Shown: positions 1-9,399, counted from the first letter of the stretch. The stretch is 58,770 nucleotides of DNA from a virus (IMGVR_UViG_3300045996_001447:1-58770), one strand, 5' to 3'. The notes: a model not told the origin generated them from the sequence alone. Numbers and translations: made by a program.

Positions 1-392
1 ACGCCGATGCCCTCGGGCAGCGCGCCGGGCGCGCGCAGCGCGTCCAGCTCGTCCTCGGTGAACGTGATACCGACCCCGGCCTGGGCCGCAGCGGCCGCGG
101 CGTAGCTGTCCGAGCGGGTCCACGGGCCCTCGGTGATGGAGGACTGGGTGAGCCCGGCCGGGTTGCGCATGTACCGGATGACCGCCTGGGCCACCACGTC
201 GCGCACGTCGGCCAGATCGACCGCTCCACTGTCGACCCGCTCACGCAGGTCTCGGACCAGCTTGACCAGCCGACGCTCGGCCACGTTGATCAGTGCCTGG
301 ACGTGCGCCTCCCGCCCGGTGACCGACCCCTCGTAGAGGTCGTCCACGTAGGACACCGGGGTCCAGGGTTCCGGTGTCTCGGGCGTGGTCAT
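1..392 (-). CDS. head-to-tail adaptor (3' partial)
   Basis: ATG at 392 overlaps upstream TGA; reads MTTPETPEPW...VRDVVAQAVIRYMRNPAGLTQSSITEGPWTRS, typical actinophage adaptor motif; synteny after capsid. Confidence 0.8.
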   Translation of the reverse strand, partial: MTTPETPEPWTPVSYVDDLYEGSVTGREAHVQALINVAERRLVKLVRDLRERVDSGAVDLADVRDVVAQAVIRYMRNPAGLTQSSITEGPWTRSDSYAAAAAAQAGVGITFTEDELDALRAPGALPEGIG

Positions 393-769
393 CAGACTCG
401 GACCCCCGCGGCCTTCAGGGCCGCGATGATGTCGCCACGGTCGGCGTCGTCGGCCACGCTCACGTTCTTGCGCTGGGCGTAGGCGCGCCACGCCGCAGTG
501 CCCGAGCCCGGCCCGCGCTGGGGCGGAGGCTCGTCGGCTCCCGCGGCCGCCTGGGCCTCGGGGGTCGTCTGCACCTCGGTGCGGGTCGGACGCTGCTGCT
601 CCCGAGCCGGGGCGGACGGTGCGCTGGGGAGCCCCGCACCGTCCGCCCAGGCGGCCGGGTTGCTGATCTTGGCCACAGCCCAGTCCGGGACGTCGTCGTG
701 CGGGCCGAACACGTGCGGAACACCTCGTCCGTCCCGCACGTGAACGTCCCGCGCCAGGCGCTTGGCCAT
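392..769 (-). CDS. hypothetical protein after capsid (short C-terminal helical motif)
   Basis: coupled to capsid stop; C-terminus WRAYA...RGDIIAAL. Confidence 0.7.
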   Translation of the reverse strand: MAKRLARDVHVRDGRGVPHVFGPHDDVPDWAVAKISNPAAWADGAGLPSAPSAPAREQQRPTRTEVQTTPEAQAAAGADEPPPQRGPGSGTAAWRAYAQRKNVSVADDADRGDIIAALKAAGVRV

Positions 770-1830
770 CAGGCGGCCGGGGCCAGGACGTCGGCCACGA
801 GCGACAGGTTCGCGTCCACCGCGACCGGCAGGGCGATGCCCGCACCGATCGTGTCGACCCGGACCGGCGTCTTGCGCTCAACGAAGCTGGCCACGACGAT
901 CCCGGCCTCCTCACCGGCCTCCACGCCGTAGTCCGGAAGCTGGGCCTCGATCGTGGTTCCCCACAACGTGGCGCCGAGCTGGCCGCCCTCGGTGGTGGAG
1001 CTACCGCCCGGAGCGGGCAGCAGGGCCACCTTGTGGTCCGGCACGATCCGGCGCGTGGCCCGGGTGCCCGAGGCGTCCGCGAACGTGGCGTTGCCCGAGT
1101 AGGTGTAGATCGGGGGCAGCGTCTCGTCGGACAGCAGGTCGTCCAGGTCCGACCGGCGGACCCGGGCGGTGGAGTCGTCCCCGCGGATGGCGCCGAGGAT
1201 CTGCGGGTTACGCAGCCACACGCGCACCACGCGCTCCGAGGTGAGGATCGCACCCGGGCGGGTGCCGTTGAGCGCCTCGTACGCGTCGCACCACGAGATC
1301 AGCTCGTCCAGGACCTCGGCGGCCTCGTCGTCGTGCAGCGCGGCCGGGGTCGGCTCCATGGACGCGTCCCGGTCGAAGTCGACCGTCAGGGACAGGCCGT
1401 TCTCGGCCAGGTCCACCTTGGCCTCGAAGATGGCCTGGGCGCGCGCCACCTCCATCCGCCGACCCATCGTGTTCGCGATGCGCGCGGCGTCGCGCAGCAG
1501 CAGGTTGCGCACCTCCTCCTCCGCGTTGCGGAGGATGAGCTGGTCGTACTCGTTGAGCGTCATCTGCCGGCCGAGCGGGGGCAGCGAGCCCTCGATCGCC
1601 CGGATGCCCTCACGCCGGCCGAACGTCGGCTCAGAGTTGTACGCCCGGTAATCGGCCACGTCCAGCAGGCCCACGGGCCCGGACTCCAGCCGGTAACGCA
1701 GATCGTTGATCTGCTGGTTCGGCAGCCACCGCGAGAGGGTGAACTGGTTCTCGTTCAGCGTGTCCAGCTCGGCTCGCCCGTACCCGGTCAGCTCGGCCGG
1801 GGTGACGAACTCGTCGTAGAGATCAGCCAT
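769..1830 (-). CDS. major capsid protein
   Basis: 353 aa, GAGGAGGA RBS, LSRWLP/YRAYNSE/GATLWG motifs of the lambda E-like actinophage capsid family; synteny. Confidence 0.9.
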   Translation of the reverse strand: MADLYDEFVTPAELTGYGRAELDTLNENQFTLSRWLPNQQINDLRYRLESGPVGLLDVADYRAYNSEPTFGRREGIRAIEGSLPPLGRQMTLNEYDQLILRNAEEEVRNLLLRDAARIANTMGRRMEVARAQAIFEAKVDLAENGLSLTVDFDRDASMEPTPAALHDDEAAEVLDELISWCDAYEALNGTRPGAILTSERVVRVWLRNPQILGAIRGDDSTARVRRSDLDDLLSDETLPPIYTYSGNATFADASGTRATRRIVPDHKVALLPAPGGSSTTEGGQLGATLWGTTIEAQLPDYGVEAGEEAGIVVASFVERKTPVRVDTIGAGIALPVAVDANLSLVADVLAPAA

Positions 1831-1845
1831 GGTTCAGTCCTCCTC

Positions 1846-2229
1846 TCAGGCCGTCGGGGCGTTCTCGTAACGGATGTGCGTGGCCGCTGCGGCCTGGGCC
1901 GCGGTGAGGTCCACCGGCAGGAACCGGCAGTCCACGACGCCCTCCCACTGGAGGGCCGCGCCGGCCTTGGCCGGGGCCGGGTCCGGCACGTGCACGACAC
2001 CGCGCAGGTGTCCCTCCACGACGGACCCGGTGGCCAGGCCGTAGAGCCCGTCCGTACCGACCGGGGCCAGTGGCAGCCCGGAGGGGAGGAACCCGTCCGG
2101 GTAGTGGGTGGCCTTGGTGAACGTGGACATGTCCAGCGTGACCGAGCGGCAGGTGTCGAGACCCTTGCGGCTGGCCAGCCATGACGTGTCGTCCACGCCC
2201 CAGGACCGGGAAGTGGTCCCGAGATCCAT
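1846..2229 (-). CDS. capsid decoration protein
   Basis: SWLAS..G...SVTLD.S.F....HYPDGFLPSG.PL motif; lies between scaffold and capsid. Confidence 0.8.
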   Translation of the reverse strand: MDLGTTSRSWGVDDTSWLASRKGLDTCRSVTLDMSTFTKATHYPDGFLPSGLPLAPVGTDGLYGLATGSVVEGHLRGVVHVPDPAPAKAGAALQWEGVVDCRFLPVDLTAAQAAAATHIRYENAPTA

Positions 2230-2253
2230 GGTGTGTGTCCTCTCTCGTCAGAA

Positions 2254-3078
2254 TCAGGTGGTGGAGGTGGCGTTCTGGCGGGTGCCCTTGCGCTCCTGGT
2301 GCAAGGCGCGGCCCGCGGCCACCCCGACGGGGCCGGACTGCTGTCCGCGTCCCCCCTGGCCGATGCCGCCTCCCGGGCGACCACCGGATCCGTTCGTTCC
2401 CCCACCGGCCGAGAGCCGGGGGTTGTTCTTGACCGCCTCGGTGACCTTGTCCCCGAGGCGGGTCGTGAAGTCCTGGGCGGTCGGGTCCAGATCGGACACC
2501 GAGTCCAGGAACGTGCGCGAGTCCAGCAGCGCGGCCGGATCGGCGCCGGACTCGGGAGCCGTGCGGTAGACCGCCAGCTCGACCGAGCGCATCCGCGCCG
2601 TGTCCTGGGCCTTGGCCAGGTCCGCGGCCAGCTTGTCCGGGTCCGGCTTGCCGTCACCGTCCACATCGATCCCGAACGCCGCGGCCACCTTGCGCTGCAG
2701 GTCGGTCAGGGTCTGCTCGACCTCGCGCTTGCCGGTGCGGTGCTCGGCGGCCTCCCCGCGGTAACCCCGAGCAATCTCGATCAGCTCGTCGCGGTCCAAG
2801 TCCTCCAGCTTGCGGCGCCGGTCGGTGTTCTGCTGGCCTCCGCCGCTCTGGCCGCCCGAGCCGGAGCCGGTGCCGGTCCCACCACCGGCTCCCCCGCGGT
2901 CCCCGGCGCGTGCGCCGTCACCCGACCCACCGGTCTGGCCGCCGTTCTGCTGGCCACCGGTGGAACCGTTCTGCTGGCCGCCGGTCCCGGACCCGCCGGA
3001 ACCGCCAGATCCCCCGCCCGAGCCGCCCTCGTCATTGAACAACGACAGCAGCAGGTCCGAGGTGCGCGTGATGTGCAT
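2254..3078 (-). CDS. scaffolding protein
   Basis: Gly-rich N-terminus, helical middle (RGEAAEHR; LLDSRTF), synteny. Confidence 0.8.
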   Translation of the reverse strand: MHITRTSDLLLSLFNDEGGSGGGSGGSGGSGTGGQQNGSTGGQQNGGQTGGSGDGARAGDRGGAGGGTGTGSGSGGQSGGGQQNTDRRRKLEDLDRDELIEIARGYRGEAAEHRTGKREVEQTLTDLQRKVAAAFGIDVDGDGKPDPDKLAADLAKAQDTARMRSVELAVYRTAPESGADPAALLDSRTFLDSVSDLDPTAQDFTTRLGDKVTEAVKNNPRLSAGGGTNGSGGRPGGGIGQGGRGQQSGPVGVAAGRALHQERKGTRQNATSTT

Positions 3079-3133
3079 GGGTTACTGGCCTCCTGGGCCG
3101 ATCGGTCCGGCACCCGGCCGGACGGTGGTGGGT

Positions 3134-3997
3134 CTACGCAGCCCGCAGGACCGGGCCCAGTTCTCCGTGGTCGGTGACCCGCACCCGGACCTTGGCCAGG
3201 TCCGTGGCGCGGTTGGATCCGGCCACCTCGTAGATCCGGAACAGGTCGTCGGTGTTCAGCTCGCGGCCGGGATCGTGCTCGCGGGTCACCGGCATCACGT
3301 CGCACGCGCAGTGCGTGTGCAGCGGCATCAGTTCGGAGGTGCGGTAGAGCCGGTCCGCGGCCACCAGGCAGAGCCCGCACGGCCCGCCGGAGGTCATCTC
3401 GGGGCGGACCAGGCGCCGGTAGCCGATCGCCTCGTCGGTGCCGTCCAGCACCTCGTACGCGGCCGAGCGCATCGCCATGCCCAGGTCGTTGGACACCTGG
3501 CGCTCCAACCGGTCCAGCCCGGCGGCCTTGGCCTCGGGCTCCGGCGCGCCGATCGACCGGGCATAGCGCCACTGCTCGAACGCCCGGTAGTAGACGCTCT
3601 CCGGGTCGGTGACCTTGCGCAGCGTGGCGCCCAGCGCGATCGTGCCGGCCACCGCGGCGGTGACCGCGATGTGGCGCGAGGTGATCTGGGACAGCACCGC
3701 GCGCAGGTAGGCCGCGGTGGAGTTGGCCGTGGCCGACTGTCCACCCTGGATCAGCCGGAACGTGGCCCGGGCGGCCGCGGCGATGGCCTCGGGGTCACGC
3801 GGGTCGGCCACCGCGGCGTACTCACCGGTAACCAGGCGCAACGTGGTGGACGCGATCCGGAGCCGCGCCTGGGCCTGGCGCTCGGCCAGACTCAGCGCGG
3901 CCCCGGCCGCACCGCCGGGGAGCAGGGTCAGCGCGGGAGCGGCCTGGTAGGCCGCCTGGGCGGCCAGGGCCTCGGCCAGCGGGGCCGGGCTGGTCAC
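3134..3997 (-). CDS. MuF-like minor capsid / maturation protein
   Basis: GYRR...CGLC.VAADRLY...LMPLH.HCAC motif directly after portal. Confidence 0.75.
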   Translation of the reverse strand: MTSPAPLAEALAAQAAYQAAPALTLLPGGAAGAALSLAERQAQARLRIASTTLRLVTGEYAAVADPRDPEAIAAAARATFRLIQGGQSATANSTAAYLRAVLSQITSRHIAVTAAVAGTIALGATLRKVTDPESVYYRAFEQWRYARSIGAPEPEAKAAGLDRLERQVSNDLGMAMRSAAYEVLDGTDEAIGYRRLVRPEMTSGGPCGLCLVAADRLYRTSELMPLHTHCACDVMPVTREHDPGRELNTDDLFRIYEVAGSNRATDLAKVRVRVTDHGELGPVLRAA

Positions 3998-5637
3998 GAG
4001 CCCGACGAGCCCGACGAACTACCGGAACCGCCCGAACTGTCCGAGCCCCCGGACGAACCGGAGCCCGACGAGGTCGACGACCCGCCGGACGAGGTCCCCG
4101 GAGACCCCGCCGAGGCAGCGGAGCCCCCAGCGGCCCCCGTGCCGGTCGTGGCCGGGGTCTCCGGGGCGAATATCAGGTCGTCCGCGCGCTGCGCGCGCAG
4201 CCGCGGCAGGTCGTCCGGCTCGTACTGCAGCACGTCCACCATCCGGGACTCCCACGGCAGGCCCGCGGTGACCGCCTGGGCGGCCGCGGCGTAGCGCTCG
4301 GAGAGGCTGAACCGCTCGATGGGCGACCACAGGGTGGTGATCGTGAGCGGGTCGTCCCCCTCGGTGCCGGGTAGGTAGCCGAACGCCAGCGAGAACGCCT
4401 CGGCGAACCCGGACGAGCACCGGTTTCGCCGGTCCTTGGCCCGAAAGATCAGCCCTTCCTTGGCCGAGCTGGCGCCCTCGGCGGAGGCGTTGGCCGCGTC
4501 CGGCATGAAGTGCTGGACCGGCATCCGCAGCACCGCGGCCAGGTCCCGGACGTCGTCGCGCACGCTGGTGAGTAGCGGCCCGAGGTCCACCTGGCCGGAC
4601 TCCCACAGTTCCGCGGTAGCCGGCAGCAGCCACAGCGCCGAGGGGTCGTTGGTGAAGATGTCGGAGTAGTCGATCGGGTTGCCGTCCTTGTCCTTGGTCG
4701 GCACACCCTTGATCGCCCGCTGGCGGAACGCCTGCAGCGTGGCGATCACGATCCGCTGTAGCAGCATGTGGTTGACCCGGTCCAGGTGGTCGGTGTGGTT
4801 CTCGAACTCACCTTCCGAGTCGTGGTTGGCGAACCGGGCCACCGCGCAGCGGTCACCGATGGAGCCGGACAGGTCCCGGTCCACGGTGATCTCCCACTGG
4901 CGCGGGTCGAACCGGAACCGGCGCCGGGTCACGTCCAGGGACGAGGTTCCGCGCACGCTGTCCCCGGTGCGCTCGAACTTCACCGCGCGCCCGGGCGGGT
5001 AGAGCCACCCGACATCGCGCTGGGCAATCGGGTCGTAGTACAGCTTGAGCCCCATGATCACTCGCTGGGGCATCTCCGGGTCCTGCTCGGTGATCACCCA
5101 GCGCGGGTCCTCGGCGGTGATGATCGGCAGGGCGCCGCGGACCGGGACGCCGGCCGCGTCGGTGCGCGGCGGTCCGGTGATGGTGTAGCTCTCCCCCATC
5201 ACCAGCATTTTCTCGATCACCTCGGACGCCTGGACGTCCATGGAGTTGGCCGCCCAGATCCGGCGGGCCAGCGCGTTGGTGGTGTCGTTCGGGACCGGCG
5301 CCAGCGCCGAGCCGACCTGGCGCGCGGAGCCGGTGGCCACGGCCACCGAGTCGATCGTGGCCTGGTCGGTCTCCACCCGGCACCCGATCGGCTCCAGCCG
5401 CTCGGCCACGGTGCGGGTGACCAGCTCGGCCAGGTTCATCCGGGCCTTCTGCTGGAACGCTTTCCAGACCCGTTCCCGGTTGCGCGACGCGGCCGGCGAG
5501 CCCAGCTCGGGCAAAGGCGGGTTGCCCTTGTGCCGGTCCCAGAGCGGCTGGATGCGCTTGCGGCGCTCCATGAGCGCGTCGGCCAGGCGCTGGATCCACC
5601 AGCCGTCCGACTCGGGGACGTCCACGTCGTTGATCAC
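3994..5637 (-). CDS. portal protein
   Basis: 547 aa, SPP1 gp6-like actinophage portal motifs (QAFRQRAIKG, LWES, ANASAEG); G/S-rich tail. Confidence 0.9.
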   Translation of the reverse strand: MINDVDVPESDGWWIQRLADALMERRKRIQPLWDRHKGNPPLPELGSPAASRNRERVWKAFQQKARMNLAELVTRTVAERLEPIGCRVETDQATIDSVAVATGSARQVGSALAPVPNDTTNALARRIWAANSMDVQASEVIEKMLVMGESYTITGPPRTDAAGVPVRGALPIITAEDPRWVITEQDPEMPQRVIMGLKLYYDPIAQRDVGWLYPPGRAVKFERTGDSVRGTSSLDVTRRRFRFDPRQWEITVDRDLSGSIGDRCAVARFANHDSEGEFENHTDHLDRVNHMLLQRIVIATLQAFRQRAIKGVPTKDKDGNPIDYSDIFTNDPSALWLLPATAELWESGQVDLGPLLTSVRDDVRDLAAVLRMPVQHFMPDAANASAEGASSAKEGLIFRAKDRRNRCSSGFAEAFSLAFGYLPGTEGDDPLTITTLWSPIERFSLSERYAAAAQAVTAGLPWESRMVDVLQYEPDDLPRLRAQRADDLIFAPETPATTGTGAAGGSAASAGSPGTSSGGSSTSSGSGSSGGSDSSGGSGSSSGSSGS

Positions 5638-5676
5638 GCGCTACCGGACTCCTCTCCGAGTCGTCGTATCTGGGGG

Positions 5677-5705
5677 TTGCACTACTGTCGGGCAGGGTTT
5701 ACAGT
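5677..5705 (+). promoter_or_regulatory. SigA-like leaderless promoter with TGTCGGG spacer box
   Basis: TTGCAC-17-TACAGT-6 nt-ATG(5712). Confidence 0.75.
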
Positions 5706-5711
5706 CGTCCT

Positions 5712-5924
5712 ATGACCGCCACCGAGAACACCGCCCGCACCGCCCGACAGGACATCGATGACAACTTGCGCGCCACGATCGGCTCCGGCCGCGCCGTACA
5801 CCGCGCGTTCGTGGTCCGCCGACAGGCGTTCGTGTCCTGTGGTGCGGCCAGCCGCTCCGGCGCCTCGCGAATCCGGCTGACGAGCAACCCCGAGATCACG
5901 TGCCGGAAGTGCCTCGCCGAGTAG
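5712..5924 (+). CDS. small hypothetical protein (moron, antisense within packaging operon)
   Basis: own promoter and downstream hairpin; H..C...CxxC residues. Confidence 0.7.
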   Translation: MTATENTARTARQDIDDNLRATIGSGRAVHRAFVVRRQAFVSCGAASRSGASRIRLTSNPEITCRKCLAE

Positions 5925-5937
5925 CCCACCGGCCACC

Positions 5938-5968
5938 GAGCCCCGATCCGCACCGCGGGTCGGGGCTC
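5938..5968. terminator. intrinsic terminator hairpin between convergent genes
   Basis: GAGCCCCGATCCGC-acc-GCGGGTCGGGGCTC. Confidence 0.7.
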
Positions 5969-5976
5969 TCGTTCGT

Positions 5977-6588
5977 TCAGTAGACCCGGATCCGCCACTC
6001 CATGACCGTCAGCGCGCCCTTGCGGGTGTTGCACGTCGGGCAAGCGGGGGCCAGGTTTCCGATCGCGTGTCGTCCACCCCGAATGATCGGGATGATGTGG
6101 TCCCAGTGCAACGACGTGCCCGGGACGACCGGCACGGCGCAGTACGCGCACCGGCCGCGGTGACGATCTAGTAGCCGGGCCAGGTCCCGCGCGGTGACGC
6201 GTCGTCGCTCCGCACCACGCCGGACAGCTTTCTGGACGCGCAGCAACTCGGCCACGATGTCCCGGTTCGACCGGCGCCAGTCCGCCACGGCGCGACGGCG
6301 GCGCTCGGGGTCCTGGGCGTACCGGGCTCGTCGAAGCGCGTTCCGCCGGACCTTGTCCCGCTCGTGCCGAACGCGGTCGTAGGCGCGATGCCGCTCCGGG
6401 TCGGTCGCTCGGGCCGTCCGACGACGAGCGTTGACATCATCCCGACGACGGGCGTGCGACCGGCGATCCTGCTCCGGGTCCCGGCGTCGGTAGTTCTGGT
6501 TCCAGCACCGATGAGAGCAGAACCGAGCGTCCGACCGGCGGCCGGTAAACGAGGCATCGCACTCCGCACAGCGGAGATCGTGTTCCAC
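5977..6588 (-). CDS. HNH endonuclease (freestanding, homing-type)
   Basis: CAYC...HWDHIIP..RGG.H...NL.PAC..CN.RKG; N-terminal CxxC...FCS..C; GTG start just after terL stop. Confidence 0.85.
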   Translation of the reverse strand: MEHDLRCAECDASFTGRRSDARFCSHRCWNQNYRRRDPEQDRRSHARRRDDVNARRRTARATDPERHRAYDRVRHERDKVRRNALRRARYAQDPERRRRAVADWRRSNRDIVAELLRVQKAVRRGAERRRVTARDLARLLDRHRGRCAYCAVPVVPGTSLHWDHIIPIIRGGRHAIGNLAPACPTCNTRKGALTVMEWRIRVY

Positions 6589-6592
6589 CTCA

Positions 6593-8275
6593 TTAGTATA
6601 CCCGGATTGGTACGAAAACTTGATCCTCGGTGATCCCCGCGGCCACCGCGTCACAGCGGGCCTCGTAGGCCAGGACCGCGGCCATGCACGCGTCGATCTT
6701 GTCCGGGCTCTGCGGGAACGGCTTGCCGATCAGGTCCCCCGAGCGGGTGGGCCGGACTCGGGCGTTGCCGATGTGACGGGTGAGCGTCGGCTGGTCGGCG
6801 TGGCTCAGCGCAACGTCCTGGGCGGCCTCGTGGAACCGCTCCAGCGCGGTCACCATGCGCCGGGAGTGCCCACCACCGGTCCACCACTCCATCGGGCGTG
6901 AGCCGCTGGCCTTGAGCCGCATCGCGTCGCCCCACTCGGCCTGCCAGCGGTCAAGGTAGTCCTGCCAGTGGGCCGGGTCGGCGTAGACCGCGGCCACGTC
7001 GTAGGTCTCCATCGCGCGGGTGAACGCCGCGTCCACCGCGACCCGGTCCACCTGCCAGTCCTTGGCGTACGGCGGGCGCTCCCAGCAGCCGATCAGCTCC
7101 AGGTACCCGTCGGAGATGCGGGCGGCCACCAGGGCCGTGGCGTCGTCGCGGATCGACCCGTCGAACCCGAGGGTGACCAGGTCCCCGTCGGCCAGCGGCG
7201 CCGGCTCGTCCTCACCCCGGTCGCGGCGGGCCTTGCGTCCGCACGCGTGCCAGGTCTGCAGGTCCATCCAGGCGTCCTCGCCAGAGATGATGTGGTTCAG
7301 GTAGAACCGGGCGGCCATCTCCGGCGGGGTGCCGGGGTCCAGGTACTCGACGACGATCCGTTCGATGTCCACCCAGGGCGCGCCCGAGTAGGCCCGGCGC
7401 AAGCCACGACGCAGCGACTCGGGGTCCCGGGGATCGGTGTCGGCCGGGGCTTCCAGGGAGTCGTAGAGCAGGCTCCGGCGCACCGTGCGGCCCTCGGTCT
7501 GGGCGACGTAAGCGCCGTGCGTGGCCTCGGCGACCGAGTCCTGGCCGGGGACGAACGCGTTGCACGTCTCGATCGACCGGCCGCCGATCTTGCCGAGGTT
7601 ACGGCGGATGACCTTGGCAAGATCGTGGCCGCCGTTGGACGCCAGCCACCACTCGGTCTCGTCCAGCACACAGAACGTCGGCCGGGCGCCCTCCGCCGCG
7701 TGCGGGGACGCCGTGATGATCTCCAGGCGGCCCCCGCCGGGGGTGTAGACCCGCGTCTTGCCGGTGTCCAGGCCGTACCGCTCCCGCACCCGCGACCCGG
7801 GCGGCACGAGCGCGGTCACCATGGACATGGTGTTGGTGGTCTGGGCCTCGGCGGTGGCCGCGATCTGCACCCAGGGCATCGGCACCGACTTGCCCACCAG
7901 GAACTCGAACCCGGCGGAGTCGTCGGTGGAGTCGAATCCGGCGAACCGGACCGGCCCCACCAACTCGCACAGTGACAACGCGGCTACATAGGGTGACTTG
8001 CCAGTCCCTTTCGAGCGGCGGATCGCCGCGCGGTTGTGCAGGAACCGGCCGTCGTCGTCGATCGCGTAGTACCAGAGCAGGAAGTGGATCTGGGCGTCGG
8101 TGAACCGCCAGGGCTCCCCGGCGTGGTCCCCGTCGGGCTGGACCAGCCAGGTGTGTGCCCACAGGATCACGCCCCAGCCCAGCGTCCGCATCGGGTCGGG
8201 CTCGTGCTCGGGCAGCGTGTCCGAGAGCGGGAACACCTCGGCCGGCGCCTCGGGAGCGTCCGGGGTGAGCGTCAC
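6593..8275 (-). CDS. terL: terminase large subunit (packaging operon)
   Basis: Walker A RSKGTGKS, Walker B VLDETE, nuclease LGFDGS..DDATA and KIDA motifs; upstream of portal. Confidence 0.95.
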   Translation of the reverse strand: MTLTPDAPEAPAEVFPLSDTLPEHEPDPMRTLGWGVILWAHTWLVQPDGDHAGEPWRFTDAQIHFLLWYYAIDDDGRFLHNRAAIRRSKGTGKSPYVAALSLCELVGPVRFAGFDSTDDSAGFEFLVGKSVPMPWVQIAATAEAQTTNTMSMVTALVPPGSRVRERYGLDTGKTRVYTPGGGRLEIITASPHAAEGARPTFCVLDETEWWLASNGGHDLAKVIRRNLGKIGGRSIETCNAFVPGQDSVAEATHGAYVAQTEGRTVRRSLLYDSLEAPADTDPRDPESLRRGLRRAYSGAPWVDIERIVVEYLDPGTPPEMAARFYLNHIISGEDAWMDLQTWHACGRKARRDRGEDEPAPLADGDLVTLGFDGSIRDDATALVAARISDGYLELIGCWERPPYAKDWQVDRVAVDAAFTRAMETYDVAAVYADPAHWQDYLDRWQAEWGDAMRLKASGSRPMEWWTGGGHSRRMVTALERFHEAAQDVALSHADQPTLTRHIGNARVRPTRSGDLIGKPFPQSPDKIDACMAAVLAYEARCDAVAAGITEDQVFVPIRVY

Positions 8276-8481
8276 GGCGTCGCTCGGGGCACCTTGGGGG
8301 CCGAGGCCAGCGGGTCACCCGCGCCGCGGTTCTCGGCGGCCTCCACGCAGTCACACGCGGGGCAGGCTACCGCCAGGTAACCGCCGCTGGTCCGCACGCC
8401 GACGCGCACCCGGCCCTTGCGACAGCAGGTGCACGCCGGCCCGCGCCGGGCCTCGGGCTCGACCGGGCGCGGGTCCTTCAC
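8272..8481 (-). CDS. small Cys-rich hypothetical protein
   Basis: coupled overlaps at both ends; CxCC and CxxC. Confidence 0.5.
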   Translation of the reverse strand: MKDPRPVEPEARRGPACTCCRKGRVRVGVRTSGGYLAVACPACDCVEAAENRGAGDPLASAPKVPRATP

Positions 8482-8675
8482 GACCGGTCCGCGTGCTGCG
8501 GGCACCGATCCGGGGCGCCCTCGTCGTCACCGGCCTGCCAGCCGCGCTCTCGGGCGATCAGGCGCACCTCGGCGTCGTCCATGCCTGGGGCTCCGTGGAG
8601 CCGGGCCGGGCAGAACTCGCCCTGGTCGTCCATCCGGTCACACCCGATCCGGGGTGAGCGCACCTGTTCGATCAC
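8478..8675 (-). CDS. small hypothetical protein
   Basis: coupled overlaps; ARERGW...DRCP.H motif common in actinophage ORFs. Confidence 0.6.
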   Translation of the reverse strand: MIEQVRSPRIGCDRMDDQGEFCPARLHGAPGMDDAEVRLIARERGWQAGDDEGAPDRCPQHADRS

Positions 8676-8896
8676 GTGACGCCCTCCGGCAGGGCGATCC
8701 AGGCCACCTGGTGGGCGTTGATCACGTCACGGCGGGAGCCGAACAACTGGACCGCCGGGTCCCCGCCGTGGCCACGCCAGGCGCTGCGGATGGCGTCCAC
8801 GATGGCCTGGGCATTGGAGACTAGACAGGCCTGGAGCCGGTGCTGGTGTCCGCCGGCCATGTGGATCACTAGGGTGACCCGGCGCTCGTCGGTCAT
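8672..8896 (-). CDS. hypothetical protein
   Basis: ATG overlaps TerS stop (TGATG). Confidence 0.55.
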   Translation of the reverse strand: MTDERRVTLVIHMAGGHQHRLQACLVSNAQAIVDAIRSAWRGHGGDPAVQLFGSRRDVINAHQVAWIALPEGVT

Positions 8897-9324
8897 CAGG
8901 CACCCCGCGACTTGCGTCGTTGCGCGGACAGGCTGGCCACCGCGCCGTCCCGGGCGCTGTCGCCCGCGGCGTCCGGGCGGGCCAGCTCCATCTTGGCCCG
9001 GCGCCGATCCCCGGCCGTGGCCAGCAGGGACGAGCATCCGGACAGGAACGCCGACAGGGCGTTACCGCCCATCGGGCCCTTCCACGCCAGGTGGCGGGAC
9101 AGGTCCTCGGCCAGAACCCAGGCCGTCTCGGCGTCGCTCTGCTGGTAGTCGATCGCCTGGGCGCTCTGCTGGAGGCTCAGGTACCACGCCTCGGCGGCCT
9201 CGTGCCAGTCCCCGGGCTCACGCCAGGTGACCGCCATCGGGGTCACCTCGTCGAACGGGTCGTTCTGGGCGCCGTGCCCGTGTCGCATGTCCGGCCGCTT
9301 GCCGACCGGCCCGCGTTCTCCCAT
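8896..9324 (-). CDS. terS: terminase small subunit
   Basis: GGAGG RBS; MG.RGP.GKR, WH..A..WY.SL..S.Q, LL.T.GDRRR motifs of actinophage TerS. Confidence 0.85.
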   Translation of the reverse strand: MGERGPVGKRPDMRHGHGAQNDPFDEVTPMAVTWREPGDWHEAAEAWYLSLQQSAQAIDYQQSDAETAWVLAEDLSRHLAWKGPMGGNALSAFLSGCSSLLATAGDRRRAKMELARPDAAGDSARDGAVASLSAQRRKSRGA

Positions 9325-9399
9325 GATCGCCTCCTGGGTGACCAACTAGCCCGTAACGCCTGGTCACGGGGTGAAACTGTCGCCTGGACCCGCCAGGGA

